A stretch of DNA of 44,766 nt. Origin: Desulfobacterales bacterium (GTDB lineage Bacteria; Desulfobacterota; Desulfobacteria; Desulfobacterales; Desulfosalsimonadaceae). The position numbers and the translations under genes are program-made. Each line of letters opens with the position of its first letter. Positions within the stretch are counted from its first letter, which is position 1. This document shows, one piece after another, positions 19,238 through 27,201 of this stretch. The DNA lies in assembly GCA_029933295.1 (NCBI GenBank), contig JAOZOL010000001.1, positions 1 through 44,766 of the forward strand, given 5' to 3'. The notes under the pieces are model-generated. The model searched no databases, had not been told where the DNA came from, and saw nothing but the letters and a program-made list of their open reading frames with translations.

Positions 19238-19489
19238 ATGAAAAATCAACCAAATCATATAATCGATCTCGTCGGCTTAATCGCACCTGTTGCAGCGCTT
19301 CAGGCTGTTGAGAAGTTCCGCGAAATGAAGACAGGCGAATGCCTTGAAATGATAAATTGTAATCATGAGACAAAAAAAATGATTTTACAGTTTTTTCCCA
19401 AATCATCTTATCAATTGCTCCATGAAAAAAAAATGCACCCCAATTCATTTTCGTATCAAATTGCCATACAAAAAACCGGAGAGATATAA
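19238..19489 (+). CDS. TusA/SirA-fold protein lacking the conserved cysteine
   Basis: IDLVGLIAPVAAL stands where TusA proteins carry D-x-x-GL-x-CP-x-P, so Cys is replaced by Ala. GECLEMI follows. The ORF is also open from a GTG at 19217. Confidence 0.6.
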   Translation: MKNQPNHIIDLVGLIAPVAALQAVEKFREMKTGECLEMINCNHETKKMILQFFPKSSYQLLHEKKMHPNSFSYQIAIQKTGEI

Positions 19490-19518
19490 CTGATAAATTG
19501 AAATTCAGGAGAGAATAG

Positions 19519-22509
19519 ATGTCCAAAGCAAGTACCGTCCTGATCTACGGGACCAATTTGAGCGGTTACAGAATCGCCTATGCCCTTGGCAAAATGGGAT
19601 ACAAAACCGTAATGCTGAATCGCGGGGCTTATGTTGATGAAGTCAGAAATCAGGTATTGTCCCAGCTTCCTTTTGATCTATGCTGGGCCTGTGCTTACGC
19701 GCCCCAGCGGTTGTTCGTGGGGCTTGGAGCCATGCAGATAATGTATAATGCTGAGCTTCTTGAATTAAAGGGCGAGGCAGGAAATTTTACGGCGAAAATC
19801 CGGAAGCGGGATGCGTTTGTCAATAACTACATCTGCACGGAATGCGAAAAATGCGTGGACGCCTGCCCGGTTACGGTTGAAAAAGACGGCAAAAAACAAA
19901 AGGCGATAAGTATGATGCCCAAGATGTTCTGGGAGAATATTTTTCTGATTGACGAAGAAAACTGCACCCAATGCGGGGAATGCGAAACCGCATGCCCCAC
20001 CGGAGCTTTGAAAATAAATCCACCGGTCGAGGAGGTGGAAATTGAAGCAGGCGCTGTCATCCTTGCCCCTGAATTTGATGAACCCGGCGAAGCGGAACTG
20101 TCCCATTTCGGATGGGGATCAATACCGAATGTGGTCAAAAGTTCGGATATTGCCCGGGCGGCTTTGGCCACAAATTTTACCGGAGATTCTTTTAAACGTC
20201 CGTCTGATGGAAAGCTACCCCAAAGTATCGCCATCATCGTGACACCACATTTCAATGAAAAGGGAATAGAGTATGAAAACTGCAACGCCAGTGCCCAGGC
20301 GGTATATCGCGCCAACAAAATAAAAGAGATGCATCCTGACATTGATGTGTCCCTTTTTTGCCGGGATTACAAATGTTACGGCAAGGGACATTGCCGCATG
20401 TATGAACAGGCAAAAGACAGCGGAGTTCAGATCATCAGGACGGAAAAACTGGCGTTAAGTGCGGCAAATGGCGAAAAAAACAAGATTTCATTTAAGCCCG
20501 GCGGTACAAATGACGAAAAAACAGTGGATATGACCATCCTGATCACCGGCCAGCGTCCCCCAACCACTATGGAAAGACTTTCCAAAGTTTGCGGTGTTAC
20601 TGCGGAATCCCACGGATTCTGTAATATTATGCCTTTTTCCAGTGCTAAAACCGAGGTGGACGGTATTTTTGCAGTGGGCGAATTCACATCTCCGAAGGGA
20701 AATCCCGAGACCATCTGGGAAGGATATGGCCCGTTAAGAGAAATTACTTCCTGGTTGGGGGGAAAAAGCGTTGAAAAACCCAAACCCCCTGTGCTGAGGG
20801 ATGTTTCATATGAAAAAACACGTACGGGTGTTTTTATATGTAGTTGTTTCGGAACATTTTCCGATAAAATGGACCTTGAATCACTTGCCAACCGGGTAAA
20901 AAATTTTCCCCATGTGGCCCATGCGGAGATAATTAACGGCTGCTGCACGCCGTCTTCCATCCAGGAAACTGCGGCAAAAATAAAAGAATCCGGTGTCAAC
21001 CGGGTGGTGCTGGCCGTCTGTACCCCCACCCAGAAAATGATGAAATTTAGAAAAACCGTTATGATGGCAGGATTAAATCCGCTGCTTTCCGAATTTCTCC
21101 GCCTCAGGGAGGATGTGATCCAGGTACATACGGACCCGGCAAAGATGGGAGACAAGGCAGCGGCAATGATTTATGCCGCAGCAGCCAAGTTAAAAACCGC
21201 CCGGGCCATGCCGACCTTAATGGATCATATGGGGGCAACGGTCCTGATCATTGGCGGCGGAGCATCCGGGCTTGAGGCCGCAAGATATCTGGGAGCTGCC
21301 GGATATGATGTTCAAGTGGCGGAAAAGACAGATCACATTGGTGGCATGGCGGATATTTTGCCCATAGATCTTGAGGGCCACGAAATTCAAAAATATATGA
21401 CACAACTCGTGGATGATATTGCAAAGGATACGCATATCACGGTTTATACCAATACAACAGTGTCCGATGTTTCAGGGTATGCCGGCAATTTTCATGTCCG
21501 TTTGGAAACTAAAGATGGTGAAACGGTTGTTATAGATCCGGCGCTTGTCATTATCGCCACCGGCGCTCTGGAATCAAAGCCGGATCTTTATAATTACGGC
21601 AAAGATGAGCGGGTCATGACTCAGTTGGAGTTTGAACAAAAACTGGCTAACAAACAAATCACCAGCGGCCATGTGGCCATGATCCAGTGTGTTGGGTCCA
21701 GAAATCCGAAAAAATCATACTGTTCAAGGGTCTGTTGCTCAGCGGCCTTAAAAAATGCTTTGATCCTGAGGGAACAGAACATTGATGTCACCATCTGCTA
21801 TCGTGATATGAATACATACGGGTTTAAGGATGACTATTTTCAGACGGCCATGAAAAAAGGGGTCTCCTTTTTACGGTTTGATGAAAATCAATATCCAGAA
21901 CTGGAAGCGTCCGATGATGCTCTTAAAATTAAAATCAATGATATCTCAGACGGAAAAGAAAAAAATATTTCAGCGGATTATCTGATTTTGAGTACCGGCA
22001 TGGAGCCGGACAGGGAAAACAACGAGGCCTTTTCAAAATTATTTGATTTAAATCTGGACGATGATGGATTTTTTGATGTGGAGTCATGCGCATGCCCCTA
22101 TGAAGACGCTTCAAAACGAATTATGAAACCCTTTGAACTCTCATCAAACGGCGTGTTTGTAGTGGGATGCGCCCATTCACCCCGGTCTTTTATGGAATCG
22201 GTCATGATGGCACGCCAGGCCGCGGGGAAAGCCATGGTGATTCTGCCGGCCGCCAAAATGCCGCCGCCCAATGCCATGTATGTCTCCGAAGTGGATGTTA
22301 GCAAATGTACCGGTTGCGGCTTATGTGTTGATGTTTGTCCTTATCATGCCAGGGAAATCGATCCCATACGAAAAGTGGCGGTGGTGCGGCCATTTCTGTG
22401 TGATTCCTGCGGTGCGTGTGTGGTTGCATGCCCAAGCAGTGCGGCATTTTTAAGGGATCAGCGGGAAGATCAGCTCATCAGGAGTATCGATGGACTGCTG
22501 GCGATTTAA
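19519..22509 (+). CDS. large HdrA-like flavo-iron-sulfur protein with two HdrA-type modules (HdrL-like)
   Basis: 996 aa. N-module has a degenerate dinucleotide motif (YGTNLSG) and 2x CxxCxxCxxxCP. The second module starts near VFICSCFGTF, with an intact LIIGGGASGLEAA FAD motif and a C-terminal 2x[4Fe-4S] (CTGCGLCVDVCP, CDSCGACVVACP). Confidence 0.85.
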   Translation: MSKASTVLIYGTNLSGYRIAYALGKMGYKTVMLNRGAYVDEVRNQVLSQLPFDLCWACAYAPQRLFVGLGAMQIMYNAELLELKGEAGNFTAKIRKRDAFVNNYICTECEKCVDACPVTVEKDGKKQKAISMMPKMFWENIFLIDEENCTQCGECETACPTGALKINPPVEEVEIEAGAVILAPEFDEPGEAELSHFGWGSIPNVVKSSDIARAALATNFTGDSFKRPSDGKLPQSIAIIVTPHFNEKGIEYENCNASAQAVYRANKIKEMHPDIDVSLFCRDYKCYGKGHCRMYEQAKDSGVQIIRTEKLALSAANGEKNKISFKPGGTNDEKTVDMTILITGQRPPTTMERLSKVCGVTAESHGFCNIMPFSSAKTEVDGIFAVGEFTSPKGNPETIWEGYGPLREITSWLGGKSVEKPKPPVLRDVSYEKTRTGVFICSCFGTFSDKMDLESLANRVKNFPHVAHAEIINGCCTPSSIQETAAKIKESGVNRVVLAVCTPTQKMMKFRKTVMMAGLNPLLSEFLRLREDVIQVHTDPAKMGDKAAAMIYAAAAKLKTARAMPTLMDHMGATVLIIGGGASGLEAARYLGAAGYDVQVAEKTDHIGGMADILPIDLEGHEIQKYMTQLVDDIAKDTHITVYTNTTVSDVSGYAGNFHVRLETKDGETVVIDPALVIIATGALESKPDLYNYGKDERVMTQLEFEQKLANKQITSGHVAMIQCVGSRNPKKSYCSRVCCSAALKNALILREQNIDVTICYRDMNTYGFKDDYFQTAMKKGVSFLRFDENQYPELEASDDALKIKINDISDGKEKNISADYLILSTGMEPDRENNEAFSKLFDLNLDDDGFFDVESCACPYEDASKRIMKPFELSSNGVFVVGCAHSPRSFMESVMMARQAAGKAMVILPAAKMPPPNAMYVSEVDVSKCTGCGLCVDVCPYHAREIDPIRKVAVVRPFLCDSCGACVVACPSSAAFLRDQREDQLIRSIDGLLAI

Positions 22510-22588
22510 AATAATTACGAATTAATGGCAACTATCTGTTTATGATATTCATTATGGATAAACGGGCAGAGTAGTAGGAGAAAAAAAT

Positions 22589-23020
22589 ATGGATGAAAAA
22601 AAAGAGTTTACACCGTCAATTATTTACGGGCTGTGCAGCTGGTGTGGTACGGGCGGCTCTGAGACAGCCGGGGCAATGCATCTTCAGTATGCGGAGAATA
22701 TCCGGCCTTTTCGGGTTCCCTGCACAGGCGCCATTGATCCGGTTTATATTTTAAGGGCATTAATTGAAGGCGCGGACGGATTCGCCGTCAGTGGTTGTCA
22801 TCCCGGGGACTGCCATTTTGATTCAGGTAATTATCGTGCGCGAAGACGGACGGCGGTTTTAAAGAGCCTTTTAGATACTTTCGGGCTTGATTCCGAAAGG
22901 GTCTGGCTCAGATGGGTCGGCCACGGAGAAGGGAAACGATTTGCAGACACGGTCAATGAATTTAATGACCATATAAAAGAGATGGGGGGAAACCCTTTGG
23001 CTAAAAGAAGGGACACATAG
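22589..23020 (+). CDS. mvhD: MvhD-like (methyl-viologen-reducing hydrogenase delta subunit family) Fe-S protein
   Basis: 143 aa. CSWCGTGGSE…FRVPCTGAIDP…GADGFAVSGCHPGDCHF is the MvhD signature. Confidence 0.85.
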   Translation: MDEKKEFTPSIIYGLCSWCGTGGSETAGAMHLQYAENIRPFRVPCTGAIDPVYILRALIEGADGFAVSGCHPGDCHFDSGNYRARRRTAVLKSLLDTFGLDSERVWLRWVGHGEGKRFADTVNEFNDHIKEMGGNPLAKRRDT

Positions 23021-23103
23021 ATGCCGGCCCCAAAAAATGGTAGGGGCGGATCTGAGTGTCCACCCTTCCAGTACCAGATAAAACAAACAAGGGTGAGGAA
23101 AAT

Positions 23104-24240
23104 ATGAACAAGGGACTATGGATTGAAGGGCCGATAAAAAAAGGGATTCTGGACTTTTTAAACGGGCTTTTAGCGGATCAAAAAATTAAAGCAGTATTGA
23201 TGCCGGCCAAAAATAAGGGTGGCGATTCCTACGCATGGTTTTTAATGGAAAAAAACGGCATGCTCGACTCGGCGGACCCTGCCCCGCCGGTGATGACCAC
23301 CCAGGGTGCGAATGTTGTCAGCTATTTGACTAAAAAAGGTCCGGTTTGGGAAAAAACAGCGGTTTTGCTGCGTCCCTGTGAATACAGGGCTGTCATTGAA
23401 CTGGCCAAAATAAAACAGGTTGATCTGACTAATTTGGTGTTGATCAGTTTTGATTGCCCGGGAGCATTTCCGCTGGAAAAATATATAAATGGAGACCCCA
23501 AAAAACTGGATGAAATTTTTGACACATGCCTGGAAAAACAAACCGAACTGGAAGGTGCCAGAAATGTCTGTACTATTTGCCATCGTTTCAGCGGCACGGG
23601 TGCGGACATTGAAATCGGCCTGATTGGCGGTAAAGGTGAAGGTTTCTGGCTTGTTCCCGGAAGCAGACAGGGAGAAGAACTCATAGAAGGGGTTGCGGGC
23701 AGCAAAACGGACAATTTGGACGTAAGGGAAAACGCAATCAGCGAACGCACCATTTTGCAGGAAACAAAAAGAAACAACATGCTTGATTCTTTTCAGGAAA
23801 CCGTCATGGGGCCTGAAAACTTATTAAATACGCTTTCTTCCTGCATTAATTGTCATAACTGCAGCCGGGTATGCCCCATATGCTTCTGCCGGGAGTGCTA
23901 TTTTGACTCAAAAGCGTTAAGCAGCGAGGCTGACAATATACTTCAGCGGGCGCAGCGGAAAGGTGGTCTCAGGCTTCCGCCTGATTTGCTTTTGTTTCAT
24001 CTGGGACGGATGACCCATATGAGTTTGTCCTGCGTGTCCTGCGGAGCGTGTGAAGACGCCTGCCCGGCTGATGTGCCGGTATCAATGCTGTTTGCCCTGG
24101 CAGGTAGAAACACCCAGGCGGTTTTTGAATATGAACCAGGCCGAAGTCAGGATGAAGCTGTCCCGCATACGGTTTTCAAGTTTGAGGAATTAAAGGATTT
24201 TGAAACTCCTTATATAAAAGAGTATTCAAAGGAGCAATAG
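23104..24240 (+). CDS. Fe-S oxidoreductase subunit, AsrA/FrhB-FdhB-like, paralogue 1
   Basis: Motifs LRPCEYRAVIEL, CINCHNCSRVCPICFCRECYFDS and SCVSCGACEDACP. GAGG SD 5 nt before the 23104 ATG. The ORF is open from a GTG at 23056. Confidence 0.7.
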   Translation: MNKGLWIEGPIKKGILDFLNGLLADQKIKAVLMPAKNKGGDSYAWFLMEKNGMLDSADPAPPVMTTQGANVVSYLTKKGPVWEKTAVLLRPCEYRAVIELAKIKQVDLTNLVLISFDCPGAFPLEKYINGDPKKLDEIFDTCLEKQTELEGARNVCTICHRFSGTGADIEIGLIGGKGEGFWLVPGSRQGEELIEGVAGSKTDNLDVRENAISERTILQETKRNNMLDSFQETVMGPENLLNTLSSCINCHNCSRVCPICFCRECYFDSKALSSEADNILQRAQRKGGLRLPPDLLLFHLGRMTHMSLSCVSCGACEDACPADVPVSMLFALAGRNTQAVFEYEPGRSQDEAVPHTVFKFEELKDFETPYIKEYSKEQ

Positions 24241-25332
24241 ATGGAAACAATGATTGACAGCCGAATGATAATGACGGATTTTCTTGCGGCTCTTTTTGAC
24301 AAACTGGATGTAGCAGCAGTGGCTGCCATGTCTAAACTTCCGTCCGGCGAAAAAGCGGCATATACACTTTTTACGGATAAAAGTGGCCTGAAAGAATGCG
24401 TGCCCTTTTTTCCGGCAATGCCGGCAAATGCAGCACGGGCGATTTCAAAACTTACCCGGGAAGAAGCACCGTCAAAAACGGTAGCGGTATTTTTACGCCC
24501 TTGCGAGCTAAGAGCTTTAACTGAACTGATAAAAATCAAACAGGCGTCTTTGGACAACCTTTTGATCATCAGCTATGACTGTTCGGGCGTATTTCCTTTT
24601 CAGAAGATCAATTTATCGGATGAAACAAAATTAAATGCATACCAGGATGCGGTTTCAACCGGAAAAAACAGCGAAGGGATTCGGCCGGTATGCGCCGCAT
24701 GTACCAGGTTTACGCCCCGGGGCGCAGATATTGCCATATCAATTGTCGGACGAAGCGCAGACCAGCCCCTGGTGCTTTCGTTCCCTTCGGAAAAAGGGCA
24801 GACAGCAGCAAAACAGCTGGGCCTGGATGTTTCAAAAACAGTTGAAGCATCTCCGGCGGTAGAATCCCTGGCACGGGAAAGGAAAACAGCGGAAGAGGCA
24901 CTGACTGAGCAGGTGAATGAATCGCTTTCAGGTGCACAAGGGCTGGTAAATATTTTTGACCGATGCATTTCCTGCCATGCCTGCAGCTATGTGTGCCCTA
25001 TTTGTTATTGCAAGAATTGTTATTTTGACTCCCAGACCTTTGAATATTTCCCGGAAAGTTACTTTACCCGAATGACGGCAAAAGGCACGTTGCGGATGCC
25101 GGTGGACAGGGTATTGTTTCATCTGGGCAGGTTAAGCCACATGGGGATATCCTGCGTTGCGTGCGGGATGTGTGAGGATGTTTGCCCGGTAAATATCCCG
25201 GTTTCACAAATTTTTAAAACAGCAGGGAGCAAAGCCCAGGCCGTGTTTGACTATATTCCAGGCGAAAATTCCGATGACCCGTTGCCGCTGTTGGCGTATG
25301 CGGAGAACGAACTGGAAGAATTCGAGGACTGA
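24241..25332 (+). CDS. Fe-S oxidoreductase subunit, AsrA/FrhB-FdhB-like, paralogue 2
   Basis: 363 aa, collinear with the preceding gene (LRPCELRALTEL, CISCHACSYVCPICYCKNCYFDS, SCVACGMCEDVCP). The ATG immediately follows the upstream TAG. AAGGAG SD. Confidence 0.7.
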   Translation: METMIDSRMIMTDFLAALFDKLDVAAVAAMSKLPSGEKAAYTLFTDKSGLKECVPFFPAMPANAARAISKLTREEAPSKTVAVFLRPCELRALTELIKIKQASLDNLLIISYDCSGVFPFQKINLSDETKLNAYQDAVSTGKNSEGIRPVCAACTRFTPRGADIAISIVGRSADQPLVLSFPSEKGQTAAKQLGLDVSKTVEASPAVESLARERKTAEEALTEQVNESLSGAQGLVNIFDRCISCHACSYVCPICYCKNCYFDSQTFEYFPESYFTRMTAKGTLRMPVDRVLFHLGRLSHMGISCVACGMCEDVCPVNIPVSQIFKTAGSKAQAVFDYIPGENSDDPLPLLAYAENELEEFED

Positions 25333-25371
25333 TGTGAATTACAAATTAGGAATTTCAGATGGGGAAAAATT

Positions 25372-25800
25372 ATGGCGAACAATGAAACAGATATAAAAAT
25401 TGTGGCTTTTTTGTGTAACTGGTGTACGTTTACCGCAGCCGATCTGGCCGGCACCAGCCGGCTTAAATACGCACCGAACATTAGAATTGTAAAGGTAATG
25501 TGCTCCAGCAGGATAGAGCCGGTATTTATTTTAAAAGCACTGCTTGACGGGGCAGATGGCGTATTGATTGGCGGTTGCGCCCCCGGCGACTGTCACTATT
25601 CCAAGGGAAATTTTTACGCCCGGCGAAAAATTGCTTTAGCCAAAACTCTGGCCGAAAGTGCGGGACTTGATTCTGACAGGATCAGGCTTTCCTGGATACC
25701 GGCGTCCGAAGGCCCTAAATTTGCACATGTGGTCAACGAATTTACGGAGCATATCAAAAATCTGGGGTACAATCCTGCCAGACGGGAGGTATATATATGA
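25372..25800 (+). CDS. mvhD: MvhD-like Fe-S protein (second copy)
   Basis: 142 aa. CNWCTFTAAD…VKVMCSSRIEP…GADGVLIGGCAPGDCHY. Confidence 0.85.
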   Translation: MANNETDIKIVAFLCNWCTFTAADLAGTSRLKYAPNIRIVKVMCSSRIEPVFILKALLDGADGVLIGGCAPGDCHYSKGNFYARRKIALAKTLAESAGLDSDRIRLSWIPASEGPKFAHVVNEFTEHIKNLGYNPARREVYI

Positions 25801-26342
25801 TGGCTGATTTAGTGTTACGCGACAGATTTTTTAAAAAATATCACGGACAGGAAATAGAAAACTGCATCCAGTGCGGGACATGTACCGGTAGCTGCCCGCT
25901 GGCACCGTATATGGATTACGGCCCACGGCAGTTGTTCGCCATGGTCAGGGAGGGAGACATGACAGAAGCGTTAAACGCAAATACCATGTGGTTTTGTGTT
26001 TCATGCTATAACTGCGTCGTAAAATGCCCCAGGGGGATTTCAATCACGGACCATATGTACTCTTTAAAAAAAATGGCAGCAGAAATCGGAATTAAACCGC
26101 CAAAAATGCTTCATTTGTATCAGTCGTTTAATGCACCGGTCGAAAAACACGGCAGGCTGACGGATGTGGCTGCCATGGCCGGATACAGCTTACGGCATCC
26201 CGGTGCAGCCTTCAGAAACATGCCTTTGGGGGTGAAGCTTGCCGCAAAAAAACGCTTGGAATTCAAACCCCGACCTGTTGACAATATAACGGGTTTTAAA
26301 AAAGTCATGGAAAAAGCAAAAGAGATAGAGAGGTTATCATGA
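25797..26342 (+). CDS. hdrC: heterodisulfide reductase subunit C
   Basis: 181 aa with 2x[4Fe-4S] motifs CIQCGTCTGSCP and CVSCYNCVVKCPRGI. ATGA overlap with mvhD. Confidence 0.85.
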   Translation: MMADLVLRDRFFKKYHGQEIENCIQCGTCTGSCPLAPYMDYGPRQLFAMVREGDMTEALNANTMWFCVSCYNCVVKCPRGISITDHMYSLKKMAAEIGIKPPKMLHLYQSFNAPVEKHGRLTDVAAMAGYSLRHPGAAFRNMPLGVKLAAKKRLEFKPRPVDNITGFKKVMEKAKEIERLS

Positions 26343-27181
26343 AATACGGTTTTTTCCCAGGATGCAGCTACAAGGGTGCTGCCGGATATAAAGAATCGAC
26401 CGAGGCCGTTTCACAACTGCTTGGCATTGAACTGGTTGAAATAAAAGACTGGAACTGCTGTGGAGCGACAAGTTACTGGAGTACGCAAAGTCTTGAGGCG
26501 TATGTTTTGCCGGCCCGGATTATGGCATTGGCTGAGAAGCAGGAGTTTTCCGAAATCGTCAACGTGTGTAACGCCTGTTATTCGACCCTTCGCAAGGCCC
26601 ATGAAAAATTGACTCAAGATAGTGACTTAAAGCAAAAAGTGAATCTGGCGCTTGCTGAAGAAGGGCTTACTTATTCGGGAAATCTAAAAATTCGGCATTT
26701 TATGGAAGTTATTGTAAACGACTTGAAAGCCGATGATATAAAAAAACATATCAAAAAAGACCTTTCCGGGCTCGTTGTGGCCCCGTATTATGGATGCCAG
26801 TTAAACCGGCCATGGGCGGACATTGATGATGCCTATTATCCGGTTTTGATGGATCGTCTCATTGAAATTGTTGGCGCTAAACCGCTAAAAAATTATTCTG
26901 CCAAAACAGAGTGCTGCGGCGCGGCACACATGGTTGCTCACAAGGATTTCTGCATACCGTTAAATAACCGTATCATAAAAGACGCCGTCAGCAAGGGCGC
27001 ACAAAGTATCTGCACCCTATGCCCTTTGTGTCAGCTCAATGTTGATTCCTCACAGCAAGGGCTTGGGCTTCCCAAGATGCCGGTTATCTTTTTTACTCAG
27101 TTGATGGGATTGGCTTTTGGGTTTTCTGAAAAGGATTTAATGTTAAATAAACTTTTAACGCCGTTTAAAATGGCTGTTTAA
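26339..27181 (+). CDS. hdrB: heterodisulfide reductase subunit B (two CCG domains)
   Basis: 280 aa. FFPGCSY…WNCCGA and YYGCQ…ECCGAAH…CPLCQ cysteine-rich CCG motifs. ATGA overlap with hdrC. Confidence 0.9.
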   Translation: MKYGFFPGCSYKGAAGYKESTEAVSQLLGIELVEIKDWNCCGATSYWSTQSLEAYVLPARIMALAEKQEFSEIVNVCNACYSTLRKAHEKLTQDSDLKQKVNLALAEEGLTYSGNLKIRHFMEVIVNDLKADDIKKHIKKDLSGLVVAPYYGCQLNRPWADIDDAYYPVLMDRLIEIVGAKPLKNYSAKTECCGAAHMVAHKDFCIPLNNRIIKDAVSKGAQSICTLCPLCQLNVDSSQQGLGLPKMPVIFFTQLMGLAFGFSEKDLMLNKLLTPFKMAV

Positions 27182-27201
27182 ATTTCTGGAGAATATCGAC
27201 C

